Below are positions 47,299 to 61,200 of a DNA stretch of 64,000 nt, piece by piece. A program made the position numbers and the translations under genes. Numbering within the stretch: the first letter of the stretch is position 1; every line of letters begins with the position of its first letter. The notes beneath the pieces were generated by a model that had not been told where the DNA came from, made no database searches, and was given only the letters and a program-made list of their open reading frames with translations. This DNA comes from Vairimorpha necatrix (Eukaryota), in the NCBI GenBank assembly GCA_036630325.1, contig CP142727.1:1302001-1366000 (forward strand), read 5' to 3'.

Positions 47299-50200
47299 TG
47301 TTATATATCCTTATTATTTTTACCCCTCATTATGGAAAATAAACACATGGGGGCGATACCAGAAAATGGGTCTACAAAGGAGGACCGTGGCCAAGAGGCT
47401 AGAATATTATTAAAAGAGGTTAAAAGGATTGTTTATGAGTTGTTTTTAGAGAAAATTGATGAGTGTGGATTTAAATTAGAAATTTTTAGGAGAGGTTCTA
47501 TTTTATTGAGAAATTTTATTGTTGAGAGGATCTCGCAAGAGGGTAGTTGGAAGGAAATTGAGGAAAAATTAGAGTTGCTAGCTATTCAGGAGGAAAAGGA
47601 ACAAGTGAGAAAAAAAGAATTTGAAGAGTTGTCCCTAGCGTTATGGGCTAAATTTGAGGAGAAGAATAAGTTGTCTCGTGAGGAAAATAAAAAGAATATG
47701 CGTTGCTACAATTGTGGGAAGTTAGGCCATAGTGTTAGATTTTGTAGGGGAATGAGGCGAGATTCTGAAGACAGAAGAAATAAAAGTAGTTTTAATTATG
47801 TTGGTAAATGTAAAGTGCAATTAGACTTAGAGGGTAAATGTGATGACGATTCCAATTCGGACAAATGTGATTATTATAATGTTGATGGTGGGAAACGTAA
47901 GAAGAAAAATTTAGGGGATATACAAGATTATAGCAAAAGGGACAATAATAAGAGAGTTCTGTTGAGAAGGGATGTAAGAGGCATCGCGTATTTAGAGGAG
48001 ATTATTTCACGGGTAGGAGGAAGAGAGGATGAAGATATTAGTTTTTGTAAGGTTGAAAAATGTATTATCAAGACTCAAGAAGGCAAGAAAGTTGTTAAAA
48101 AAGGGCAGGCTATAGCTCAGGCTTTGTTGAAGAAGACGGAAGATTATATTAATAGTTTGGAAAGAAGAAAGATAATTAGAAGGTCGACATCTGACTGGAG
48201 AAATCCCATTAGAGCGATTGAGAAACCGAATGGTGATATAAGATTAGTAAGTAATTTAATTGCTCTTAATGACATTGTAGAGAAGGATCCTTATGAGTTA
48301 ACTAGGATAAGAGATGTTATTAGAAGTACAAGGTATCTGAATTTTTTACCGTGATAGATCTAAAGGAGGGGTTTTATAGTATTGAGATTGAAGAGAAGGA
48401 TAGGTTTAAGACGGCTTTTGAGTTTAATAAAAAGGTATACGAGTGGAATTCGATGGTCATGGGGTTTAAAAACTCACCGCAGATATTACAAAGAATAATG
48501 AATGGGATTTTTGAAAAATTTATTGGTAAGGGAATCGAAATTTATATGGACGATATTGTGATTCATAGTAAGACAATAGAGGGTCACGACAAATTGTTGA
48601 AAGAGGCTGTGGATATATTAGAGGAGAATAGTATGAAAATTAATTTGGCTAAGGTTCAATTATGTAAACGAGAGGTGATGTTGTTAGGAGTAACAGTTAA
48701 TGGCAAACAGATACTGCCATCTGAAATAAAGCAAAATGAAGCGTTAGAATTTCCCAAACCGGAGTGTGTATCAGATGTTAGGAAGTTTCTTGGGCTGGCT
48801 GGATGGTTTAGAAATCATATTGATAATTATGCAAAACGTACATTGGCGTTGACGGATTCTCTTAAAGGACGAGGAAGTAATTGGAAATGGACAGAAGAAA
48901 TGGAAAAAGAATATACTAGTTTAAGGGAAGTGATTAGGGATTTAAAAGGTTTAGCAATTGTTAATTATAATAAGGAATTTTTGTTACGCACGGATGCGAG
49001 TAATGTTGGAATGGGTGCTGTTTTAATGCAGGAAGATGATCAAGGTAATTGGGTACCAGTACAGTGGGCATCAAAAAAGTTTACGCCTACGGAAACGAGA
49101 TATGGAATCAGTGAGAAGGAGATGTATGCAGTCTTTTGGGGAATTAAAAAGTTTGAATATGAACTACGCGGAAGAAGATTTAGGGTAGAAACTGATCATA
49201 AGGCATTGATCGAGATTAGAAATAAACCAGCATTTAACAATAATAGAATTAACAGGTGGATTGAAAAGATTCAAGAGTTCGACTTTAGCATTGAATATAG
49301 AGAGCCTAGTACCATGGTTGTAGCAGATGCACTGAGTAGGGTACATGAAAATGAGAAAACGCTAATGAATAAGGAGAGAAGTATTAAACAGGCACAGGGT
49401 AAATGGGACAAGCATGTTAAAGTTGTTGATGGGAAGGAAATTTGGGTATTTGACTCTGGTAGAGAAGCGGAGATTCCAAAGAAAGAATTGCGTGAAGGTT
49501 TAATTGTCAATGCTCATGAAAATTTGGGACATAGAAGTTTAGGATCAGTGTACTATGCAATGAAGTTTGAATTTTATTGGCCGGGTATGAAGAAGGATAT
49601 CGAGGATGTTTTAAAGAAGTGTGAAGTTTGCCAAATATATAATAGGAAAAAGAGTGGTGGTTGTGATTTTGTTAGTTCAAGATTTTATTTGGAAAAGGTT
49701 GCTTTGGATTTGATTGAGTTTAGAGATTTAGGGAAATATGTGTTGGTCGTGATTGATTATTATACTAGGATCGTTTGGGGAAAAGTAATAGAGGACAAAC
49801 GCGGAAGCTCGGTTGTAGGATTTTTAAAACAGTTGTGTGGATCAGGAATGAAACCGGTAGAAATAATTACTGACAACGGTAAAGAATTTAGTAATGAATA
49901 TATGAGGAATTGGTGTTCAGAGGAAAATGTATTACATAGGAAAGTAAGCGTAGAAAGTCATAGAAGTAATGGAAGAGTGGAAAGGGTAATAGGAACCATA
50001 AGAGAAGGAATATTGAAAGATGATGCTGTGGATTTTGAAGCCAAGGTTAATAGATGTATATGGCGTTATAATAACAGCTATCATGAAGGGTTGAGATATA
50101 CACCGTTTGAGGCCTCAAGAGACGAAACGGGCCATGTTATGATCGAGAATGGACCTGAAGGATTTTATAGTAGGAGGTTTGTGGCTCGCAAAAGAGAGAA

Positions 50201-50481
50201 ATTCTATAAAGGTCAGAGAGTTAGGGTAGCGAAGAAAAAGAACTGATCGGGTTGTAGTAAGTATGAGAAAGGAAGGTTTTTAGGATATGGTGTTATCAAG
50301 GAAGTTTGCGGAGGTGACTCGTACTTAGTTAGTTTGGAAAATGGTAGGATCGTGAAAAAGCGGCATTATGATTTAAAAGGTCTGCTTGGGATTAATGAGT
50401 TCTAGTATGAGACTACCGTCTTGGAGGGGGGATGTTATATATCCTTATTATTTTTACCCCTCATTATGGAAAATAAACACA
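47299..50481 (+). mobile_element. Ty3/Gypsy LTR retrotransposon with ultra-short 49-bp LTRs (copy B, full length, 3183 bp)
   Basis: Identical LTRs at 47299-47347 and 50433-50481. TSD ATATA (47294-47298 and 50482-50486). PBS TGGGGGCGATACC at 47348-47360. PPT GGAGGGGGGA at 50423-50432. Confidence 0.94.
47332..50405 (+). pseudogene. Gag-RT-RH-IN polyprotein without a protease motif; one frameshift and one nonsense codon
   Basis: ATG inside the LTR; CYNCGKLGHSVRFC, YMDD, TDAS, H..GH..CEVC, TDNG. Frameshift near 48330. After the TGA at 50244-50246 the frame continues (KYEKGRF...VKKRHYDLKG) to a TAG ending at 50405, matching the C-terminus of copy A. Confidence 0.88.
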
Positions 50482-53400
50482 ATATATATTAATTACAACT
50501 TATTGGATTATTAAAAATAAAATTTTATGGTTTAGTAACACAACTATTTTAATGAATTAAACAATATTGTATGCCTTCCAAACAGCATTTCGTATGCACT
50601 AATTTTTTAAAACTAAAATGCGCAGATAAACATCTGGCAATCTCTATCTAAAAATTATTTTGTTTTGAATTAGAAATGTTTAGTTCAAAGTAATATTATT
50701 ATATATAACTGACATTTTTTAAGCAGAGCAAATTTGACCTAATGTCTAAATTTTTTTTTTAACATTTTAAGATAAATTTTTACGGTTCATTTCGCTATAA
50801 TTCTCTTTGATTACAATTTTTAGACAACAAAATTTTAAAAAGTGTTATTACCTTTGCGCAACAATCATTGTATTTATTATAAAGAACTGAATGTTCTTTA
50901 TTAGCATCAGAAGTCTTTTTAAGAGGATCTTTTAGTTCCGTTCATAATGTAATGTTTCAACAAAAATTCCTTATGATGTTATGAAACTTCTATGGCCTCT
51001 AGAAAATAAAGCACTGCTGCTAATAGAAAAACACAAACTAAGAACGATATGAAGAGGTCTAGATTTACAATATGAGAGAAAGACTTGATGCGTTAAGAAA
51101 CTTAACTTGAAACTCTCAGAGTAACTATCTATCCAATTAAAGATCTAGAAGAAGTAACCCGGTCGGCCCAGCACATTCTATCTCACAAAATTACTTAGTA
51201 CTGCAAAAAAAAAACTTCGGATGAGTCAACTGGTCAACGTGATTTATTAAAGGGAAAAATGGTAGTATGGTAGGTAAGGGTGCGTATGCAAAAAGAGGAC
51301 GCAAGTAAAGCTGTATATTTAATACGACTATATCTCTCGTTGGCATTTGAAATCTTACCCGCTAATTATATCTAATGTGAATCAGTTTAGGCGGGTTAGA
51401 ATAATAGTTATACGAATCCCCAGTAAAAAAAGTTCAATAGATACGCGAAATTACTGTGCTAGAAGTTTAATTCAGAATATTTTGATGTGTAAGATGTTGA
51501 GTATAATTAGATGAAAATATAATCTCAAGTACTATAAATTCTTTTGGAACATCTAAATTTCCTACTTAATAATTGAAAAAATATAAACCTATATTTTAAA
51601 TTTCTACGGCCTTTAGATTAATATATCGAAGTCAAATTTTTGTAGTTATTTAAAAATAATAGCTGTTCTAAGTTCGAGCAAACCGTAGACTAAACTCTCA
51701 TGTTATAAGCTCAATATAATTCACTTATAGTTCTTGTGCCTCTTCATATAATTTTTTTTTTGTTTAATTATTTTACACAAATTATCAAGATGCAAATCAT
51801 AGTAGTGTTGAATGTGCTTAAATCTAATTCCGCGATTTTTTTTGGTTTGTAGTATTCAAAAGTTTCTTATATGAATTATATCAAAAATATATTTCAAATC
51901 CCCTAATAACTTTCCTTTTTGAACCTATCGTACGTACTCATATTTAATTTTGTTGCTATCTCGCGTCAAAAAAATAATTTTTTATGTTTTTCTTATAAGA
52001 TCTCACACATTTGATGTAAAAAAATATTTATAAAATTTGATGTCTAAAATTATACATTGAATGGGTTATCTGCGAGAATTACATGGAAACTTATAAATCT
52101 TAAACTAAGAATATATCAAAAATCTACCTTGGAAACAGGATGTTTTTTCACTATATAGAAGTTCTAGCTGTGTTATATAAGTGTTTATTCACTAAAACAA
52201 TTTTATATAAGCTGTAGATAGCCATAACATTTGACAATTAGAGTTGTTCAAAAAAGGAACATTTTTTTATATCGCGATTGAAAGCTTACGTAAACATATT
52301 TACACCATATTTCTAGTGGCGCCCTAAAACATAAAGTACTAACACGGAAGACTACTCTTTATTTATTCAACAAATGAGACTCTAATCCCGTGGGAATAAA
52401 TCTAGAATTTTATAGACCCGTTGAACTTTTGTTTTCTTTGTGTTGATCCAAAGCTGAAAAAACAACTCAAAAAGGAAGTTTGATAATTTTTTTTGATGTG
52501 GAAGTATGATTGATCTTTTAGCTCAAGGATCGACCTATAAGAATAAAACCGGGCCTTTGTCGCCATGTAGTACTTTAAAAAATTAAAGTAGCGTGTAAAC
52601 AATATTTTTCTCAACGAAAGGTGTGTTTACATTTGACGTAAATGCCACATAAGTTTGATAACCAACTTACCATTTAATGAGAACACATTTTATATTTCAA
52701 GAATAAACATTACATCTAAGTAGCTGCGTATAATGGTGTTTTTTTATAGACTCTGATTTTTATTATCATTAATTCTTAAAAACTCAACTATGGTATTCGT
52801 TTTTTCATTGTTTTGAAAATATTTCTCACGCGTTATAATATGTTTATGTTTTGTTATTTGCCTTTCAGATTGTGTTTTAAAGCCTCGGAAAATTGTAATA
52901 TAAATTTTATACACCGAAAGTCATAAGGAATGTAATCACATTTTTGATTTGACATGCTTAATGTACTAGGTAAAATATAAAAAAACCTTTCAAATGTTAC
53001 ATCTAGGGTATCATGTTAGAAAAACGTAACCAATAGATGTAATAAAGTTGTCGATTCGGCCGAACAAACGAATTTATGTAAATTGTTTTGTAAGTTGTGG
53101 GGAAAATGTCAGCACACACCAAAGAGAAATTTCAAGATATGTATATATATTATGCAGAAAATTAAAAAGTTTTATAATGTTCTTATTGATCTCCTCTGGA
53201 AATATAATATTTTAAAAGATACTTTCTGCCTTTTTTCATTTGAAAGCGAAAATGAAAAACACACGTATCTTGGAAATGATTCCCTTTTATAATTTAATTT
53301 TTCACAATTTTAATTTATTATTTCTAATTTAAAAATTTAAAGTATTTACAGATTTAGAATATCATTCTCGAGTTCTTTGTTAATGTAAAAAAAATATATG

Positions 53401-53519
53401 TTTAATTCTAGAGACATATTAAATAATTTAGACATAGTGGGAAGGACCAAATATACTCAAATATATTATTAAGTCTAGTTTTTTTTTTGAAAATATAATT
53501 GCAATTATATTCAAAATGA

Positions 53520-54030
53520 TATAATTTATTTAGGCATAATATCTTGCATACTAATTACTTTTCACAAGATACACTCACAATCTCTTCTGACAGTTTCCGG
53601 AGTTCCATTTGAAATCTCAGTAGTAGCACTCGCATGCCCTTTCTTGATCAGTATCAAGCCCATGTCTGATTAACATAATTAGTATTTCTAAATATTTATT
53701 GGACTCTTGTCTGTATATATGCTTTCGTTATTGGTTATAATAGATGGTCTACGATATTGGCGCGTTGAAAATTAGCTACTATTCCTTCATAGTCGTTACG
53801 TAAGGGATAATTTCAACTTTTTCGCAGAGAGATGACACATAATTTGTAAAAAAAGTCGTATTTAAATTTTGTTTATTGTTCCTAAAGCATGGATATTGTT
53901 AAAACTAGATTACAAGCTCGACATCATTCACTTCATTTCTCAACTTGTTCAAAAACAGTATATCAGACTTGCATACATTATTTTGTTACTTGAATGTATC
54001 CTACTGTCGACTCGTATCTAAACATACTAG
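53520..54030 (-). mobile_element. 3'-end fragment of the RLE non-LTR family
   Basis: Matches ~33890-34405 (TAATTACTTTTCACAAGATAC, GTATCAAGCCCATGTCTG, GAATGTATCCTACTGTCGACTCGTATCT). Confidence 0.8.
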
Positions 54031-55139
54031 TAAATATATATAATAATAATTAATATATATAGCGCGAAAAAACGTGAATGTGCTGTAATATATTATTCAT
54101 ATACTTGGGCTTAATTATAAAATTTTCAAATTTTCAATAAGTGACACATGACAAATTATTTTTAATATTCTAAAAGAAATGCAGTGACTAAATGATTATT
54201 TTTTGTAAAATTGTAAGGTAAAATATTGCTGCTAGAATTGTCATTTTTCGAATATTTAATTTATTGTAAAAAGCGATTTTTTCCTTATGTTTTTTATTTC
54301 GCTCAAAATTGTATATGTCACCTAAAAGAAATAATTTAATCACCAAATAAATTACGTTTAAAAAATAAAGCAATAAACACCTTTTTAAAAATCGTTTAAA
54401 ATGGTTTTTTCAAGAAAAATCACTAAATTATTTATCTTGCAATGCGTCCAAATATTTTGCTAATGTTAAGCCACTTGACATGACACAATTTATTATTAGG
54501 ATCTAAAAGCCTCATCAAGATTAATTTACTTACTTCTGAGATGAGATTTAAATTATAAGAAAACAAAAAAAGGATGCTGGTATTTAAACCTTTAATACGA
54601 AATGTTGACATTTTGATAATTTTCGATAAATTAGTATTATTTTTATTATATATTTCCAATTCTAAAATAATAAAAGAACATTCATATACATTATTTAAAT
54701 GATTAGAATTCATGAATTATAAGCTTTTTTATTTCCTATCTTTTCTAAAATTAGACTTAAAGACGTATAACGCAGTGTCTATTATAATGGTAAACTTAAA
54801 GGTTTTTAAAATTACTTGGTCTTGCCAGAGGTCAATACTCAAACAATGGAAAATGATATTCTATAAAGGTTAATGATAGCGTCGAACATGTTACGAAAAA
54901 TTTCTATATTTTCAAGATGCATAAAATGGAAAATTTCTTGTAAAACCATAATTGATATTATATTTATTTAATTTTATAAATTTTTTGTATGCTAAAATTT
55001 TTTTAATTTTTTTTACAGTTTTTTCATTATAGTTTATACCTATTTTTTTTAATAGTCATAAATTACAACTTTAAAACAAAAAAAAAATTCTAGAATTATT
55101 ACAAGGTCGATATTAATAATATCGAATGAATTCTCATTT

Positions 55140-56050
55140 TTTAGTAGACAATTTTACGTTTTCGAATGTGTGTCAGGCAGAAAGGTTCATATGTCTTCTT
55201 AGCCGCCATTACCTAGTTTGATTTATTTTTTTTCTACTATAAGTAAGATTAGGGAGAACCCCCAAATAAGGACCTAAGGAAATTGGGTTGATGCTTATCT
55301 AACTGGACCTGTGATGTTTCTACTTACTGAAACTCCTTCCATGTAACTCGCCGGTGTAGCAAGCTCTGCCGTATCATTGTACCTTGTCTTAGGAAGACAC
55401 TTTCCATTTATACTTTTCTCCGTTCAGAAAAACCTCACAGCGGATATACTTGGCGGCCATGGTTTTTTATAAATTGAGTTCGAACATCATCGTACATTAT
55501 AAGGTTTTCACAAACATCTGTAACGCACACACGGCTCCTTACACGACAACAAACCAGCCGGAGATTTTTATTAAACTTCGTTGACCACAAGTCTCCTTCT
55601 AAATTTGTCCAACCTGATACAGATTCTCGTAGGGTGCACTTCACGAGATCTTCTATTGCTCTACATAGTCTAGTCTTTTAGCTAACCAAAGATTTAATCT
55701 CTAGAGAGCACCAGGCATGGGCTTCAATTAGACCATCCACATCTAAACTTTTATATATCATTAAGTCATTAAAAAAAAATACTTTTTTTTGCATTTAAGT
55801 CGTTATACACTAGATGTTAATTTACTTATGGCAGGAGGAAACAAGTTTCATTGAATAACTTAATGATTACAATGGAATTTGTTAACGTCTGAATTGTTAC
55901 AATTTCATCATAGAAAGTAGAAACAATTTTGGCGCTTTGTAATTCGAACCCAACAATTGCACAACTTTCCCTTCAACTACACTACTTCTTTCAAGTCGCC
56001 ATATTTGTTAGTCGGTTACGGCTCTAGCCACTTCTTTTCCTATATCATTT
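55140..56050 (-). mobile_element. Decayed DNA transposon, possibly piggyBac-like
   Basis: GC-richer patch; fragment NLEGDLWST; shares sequence with ~16510-16610 and ~25995-26045. Family assignment weak. Confidence 0.3.
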
Positions 56051-57061
56051 TGATATTTTTCTTGTCGTCGGTCCTAAGAATTGGACTCGTGGATCTTCTC
56101 TAGATTCTTTAGAATAAAACAATCATATAAATACATGATATTTTACTCTGAAAAAACATTTGTTGTTTCTTCTAAATTTATGGTACAAGTATTTACGAAT
56201 GCCAAAAAGCATATATATGATTACAATTTATATTCTCAGTTTGTATGTAAATAATAATTTAACTAAAAAAAAATACCGAATAAATATTTGTACTGCTAAA
56301 ATAAAAATTAAACTTAAAATCTGTTTAATCAGTACAAAAACAATTGCAATCATATATATAAAAAAAAAATTTTACAAATTTCGACTTCTTTAAACACACA
56401 TTAATGGAACACTTTTTAAAAAGAATAATTATGATTATTCTTATATACATAAAATAAAAATAGATCTTTTTAAGACCATTTATGCACAATATGAGATTTT
56501 TCTGTTAATTTTCGCTTTATGTTTCAATTTTATAAGGGCCCAAACATAAAAATTTTTTATAAAAAATGGTAAGGGCGGACTAAAGTGAAATTGGCATGAA
56601 AAGTATTATCAGCTTTTTTGATTGGTTTTACGTGCTTATTGAAATCAAGATTCGCTAAAACATTTTATCGACGAATTTAACAAACAGAAAATAAAAATAA
56701 CGACAAAACCTTCGCCCGTACAATTCTGTATGATTGAAATTCTTTTTTTTGTAAATATGAAAATTTTACAGCGCTTGCTATTCCGGAGAGTCATATCAGT
56801 AGGTAAAAAGGCAAAAGAAATCTTAATAAAAAAGTAAAATATCACAGATGTTTATAAGCAAATGATTAAAATGCCTTTTTTATATTTATTTACAAAATAA
56901 AATATGTTAATTTAGCGCAATAAAATGTCAAAAAAGTTGTGTTTTGTTCTTTAAAATGCCATCAAGACTATGTATAATTTTTTAAAATTTCGTATATCGA
57001 ACGAGTGGAACGTGTGTGCAATATGATGAAATTATTATAAATAAATATTAATAAAGCTTAT

Positions 57062-57380
57062 TGTTGTCGAGTTGGTCACGAGACAAGTAAAAGTGGGCTT
57101 TCTAGAAGATAAAGGTTTATTTGATAATTGTTTATTGCTCATTATGCCCTTTATTGTTCAATTGTCTTAAATACTTTTCGTAAACGCCTCCATCCAAAAT
57201 GTAGCATTTTGTGCGGCAAATAAAAGTAAAACAAAAGTTGTACGAAAATGCGTAAAACGCATATTTGTAACATAATTGTTTGAATTACTCAAAGTGTCAA
57301 ATACATCATTTGCACCAGACAAAAACAGAATTTATTATGGGTGGTAATTCTGATGGTCTGCGTAATTTTACAGCATGACA
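57062..57380 (-). mobile_element. Solo LTR (319 bp)
   Basis: TG...CA ends; 5-bp TSD CTTAT (57057-57061 and 57381-57385); absent from the paralogous site near 27128 (AAAGCTTATGTTTTCC). Confidence 0.85.
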
Positions 57381-57541
57381 CTTATGTTTTCCAAATTTAC
57401 TATTTGCTCATCATAAGTTTTCATCCCAAACTTTATATTACATAAAAACATACCAAATCATAAATTGTAAATTTCTAAAAACAATATAAATAAGGTTTAT
57501 ATAAAATATCAATTTAAATTCAAAATTTATTTTTTCCCCCA

Positions 57542-58225
57542 ATGATATTTCTATTTCTTTATAAAATTTTTACAATGTCTGGCAGAGAAATATTTGATTC
57601 ATGGACAAAAAATTTAGTACGTACCAATACGACAATTTATACAGATACCATGGAACTTGTACCAAATAGTCGTTATGTCCGCGAAGATTCTTTAGATTAT
57701 TCATCTTGTAATGCTGACAAATACTTTTCTTACATTGAGCCTCTTGACATAAGTAGACTTAACTATAAAGATCTAAGAATAGCCTCTAAATTTATTTATC
57801 TTGAATTAAGACAGGACAAGCTTTACAGAAAAACACTTAAAGAAATGTTAAAAACTGAGCCTATGATAAATATTACTGATAATTTTGAGAATTTTCACAT
57901 GTACGTATTAAGTTTTATTAAATCAGATATAGACGAAGAAATATGGGAACCGTACTTGCTTGTAAAATCAATGGCATATAGGAGTTATAAGTTAATTTAT
58001 TTACTTTCGTATATCGAATTAGATGAACAGGCGAAAAATTTTGTGTCCAAATTGATAAAAAGAAGCCTTGAGATCAAGACTGAAAAAACATGTAAATGGC
58101 AATTATATCAGCTAATGAGAGTTTTTAGCTATTACCCATTATGTTTATCAATTGAAGGGGCTATTAATCGTGAACATGGTGGTTATGGTTGGCCTTGGGG
58201 AAGTTATTTCCATAAAAAACAATAA
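57542..58225 (+). CDS. ~227-aa putative secreted family member 5
   Basis: CCCCCA-ATG; close paralog of 27289-27975. Confidence 0.85.
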   Translation: MIFLFLYKIFTMSGREIFDSWTKNLVRTNTTIYTDTMELVPNSRYVREDSLDYSSCNADKYFSYIEPLDISRLNYKDLRIASKFIYLELRQDKLYRKTLKEMLKTEPMINITDNFENFHMYVLSFIKSDIDEEIWEPYLLVKSMAYRSYKLIYLLSYIELDEQAKNFVSKLIKRSLEIKTEKTCKWQLYQLMRVFSYYPLCLSIEGAINREHGGYGWPWGSYFHKKQ

Positions 58226-61200
58226 ACTTGTCTTTTACTTGTATTGCTAAATTTGTAATTACTAAAGATGACATAATCATTACAAAGTTAAATTATTTAT
58301 GCCCATTTATTTAAAAAATATATGTAAAAACATTGTTATAAAAAACAATTAGATTCTATATTAAGTCATTTCTCAGATTTTCAATTGTTGCAAAATACAC
58401 TAATTTATATAAAACTTTTACTGTAAACATTTCTTTGCGCACCAAGTAACTCTAATTTTATAATGCTCATATTCGTAGACTAATGAATGTCTATTCTTTG
58501 CCTTTCTAATCGAATAATATGTAATTATAAGGCTCTGATCGATTTGAATTTTATTTTAAGCAAAGACGACATTAATGACTTACTTTATTTTTCTTTTGTT
58601 TTTGATGTTTTATATAGTACTTGCTTAAATTTTTCTATTTATCATTTTTTGCATTTTTTTATGTTATTGCACACTGAATTTTTGTTTTATAGAAAAGTCT
58701 ATTTATTTTTCATACGTGATTGAGTTGAAAAGGCATTAGATTATATTAAAATAAGTATGTATTAAAATATATTAGTCTAACGACTTTCAAAATGAGTATT
58801 ATTAGTTTGATGTTTATTAGATTATGAGTTACAATACATCCACATTTAATCCCGTTGGCAAAAATTTTTAACCTCAAAAATAATTTTTCAAAAAGCGTAA
58901 TAAAAACATTATAATACTAGTAACTTCTTATATTAATGCTAAATAAACATATGAGTATATTTTAAAAAAAAATTTATTTCATAATCTTTTTAAAAGATGT
59001 GTATTTCTCCCTTCGAACTTTTTTATTTTGTAAGAGATGGTATGCTTGGAATTGTGTTTTAAAAACACTCTCTCAAAGTGTTTTTTAATGTAAAAAATAC
59101 TAGATTTGCGCCATATCTTGTATCAATTCATCGAATATAATTTCAAAAAAATCCTATCAAAAATGCAACGGAAATTTATATCGTAAAACTTTTCTGGAAC
59201 TAATATTGGACCTGATTTTTCGATTTTTTTACACTTTTCATGAAAATTTGACGAATTATTATTTTGCTAAAATAGTAGTAAACTGAATTGCACTTAAATA
59301 TATGTTGTTGTGTTAAGATTTTTCAAAAATTTTATAAATACACTTTTCTCTTTTTTTTTGAATTTTTTGAGGACTCGCTTTTCAAATCGGGATCAATGCT
59401 GAACGATGGTTAAATGTAATTTATAGCTTAGTATTTTTATTTTACACTATATAGTATGTTTATCATATATTTTTTATTGTAGAATAAACGATTTGTCTTT
59501 TTAATTACGGAAAAAAACCAAATGAATAAAAGATTTAAGCTAAAAAAGAATATTCAAAATATAATTTTTACATTTAGTATTCTTTTCTTAAAGATTATAT
59601 GCTGGTATCCGATTAAAGATCACAAAATGGGGATCATTCATATGTATTATTTTCCATTATCAATAGCTATAAGATTTTGTTTTTAGATTCCCCCATTTGA
59701 TAGATAGATCTTTATTTAATACATGTCTTAAAATAAACGAGAAAATATAAGAGGATTTGGGATTATCAAGGCTGTAGATTTCATCAACAACTACGGATAT
59801 TCTTAATCATTTTCGTTTCTATTTTTTTTTTTTTTGCAAAATTCAATGCAAACATATTAAAATTATAAATATATATTTCTCATCGCATTCTTTCTGACTT
59901 GACCATTATTTAATTATTATTTAAAAGCTTCTCTTTTCTCAATATAAAATAAATATTTTTTAAACGCGATCCATAATTTTTAATTATCAATTTGACACAA
60001 ATCAAGTGCATCTACATTAGAAAAGTAGTTTTTAGTGCTAGGAAAATATTATCTCGGTGGCTTTGTAAGTTTTTTAACAAATAGCAAAAAGCGAAGTGTT
60101 TTGTTAATTTTTATATTGGGTTTACTATTTTTTGTAGCAAAATAGAAAAAATCCTGTCTATTTACACATAGATAAAAAAAATAAACCCCTTTCTAATATA
60201 TAGCATTGAAAAAATTATGAGCGACTTTAACTAAGTCTTCGAATAGAATTTGTTATATTTAGCATTTTTGTCTGTAGGTTTTGTATGTCGTTTACATCAT
60301 TTAATGCAAAAGTAAGCTTTTAGAAAAAAAATTTTAAAATACTTTCTATTGTTTTTTTTTATTTACAGTATATTTTTTGTTTTTTTATATATTGATATAT
60401 ATTATCAACTACCTGGATTTTATTATTGACTTTTAATTTTATTATAGACGTGGATTGTTTATCTCAAAATATCATATTATTTATAGGCATTAATGTAAAA
60501 ATGTCATTTCGATTTTATACTAATTTTTCTTGAAAAATTACATACATTTTAGACATTTAAAACTTCAAATTTTTTCATGCATATCTTAAAAAAATGCGGC
60601 AATGTTATTAAATCGATATCAGTGTTTTTATACTAAAAACACAATTGATTGATTGAATAAAAATCATCGAATATACAATAGACCTTAACATGAAAAAATT
60701 GTTTTTACTCGATGGCATACGAAATTATCATAAAACGATAAATTTATTGAACATTTTGAGAGAGTTAGAAGATGTAATATACTTTAACAAATGCGATTCA
60801 AAATATTATTTACATTGTAGACATACATATTTCCAATGTTACTTTTTATATAGCGCTGACCCAGATCTTCTTTTTTTCGATCAGCAAGTTTAAAGAAATA
60901 AACAAAAATATTTTAACGACATTTTCTATATTGTAAGCTTGTCTTAATAATTACATAGAGACGATCAAACATGGGGTTATTTCGAAGCATATAATATTTT
61001 GCTCCTAAAAAATAGCACATACCAGTTGTAATTAGCATTAAAATGTTTTTTAAACTATACATTATCCCAGAGACAAGTTAAAAAGTTCTGCTAAAAGACT
61101 TAGCAATTACTTTAATACAATTTATGAAGCGAAATAATTTTGCAAATCTACATAAAAAAAGATTTTCGGTGCTAGTCGGGAAATATTCTAGATCTTATTG

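Noticed and set aside
47254-47331. Hydrophobic N-terminal extension on Gag suggesting a signal peptide or envelope
   Set aside because: The upstream ATG lies in flanking DNA outside the LTR and TSD; the conserved start is 47332.
48320-48354. Programmed ribosomal frameshift between ORFs 47254-48354 and 48351-50246
   Set aside because: The break falls inside RT, and copy A is continuous through the same region, so it is a mutation or sequencing error.
50900-51330. Tc1/mariner-like relic (SDES and GSM-like fragments)
   Set aside because: Only two short degenerate motifs and no TIRs.
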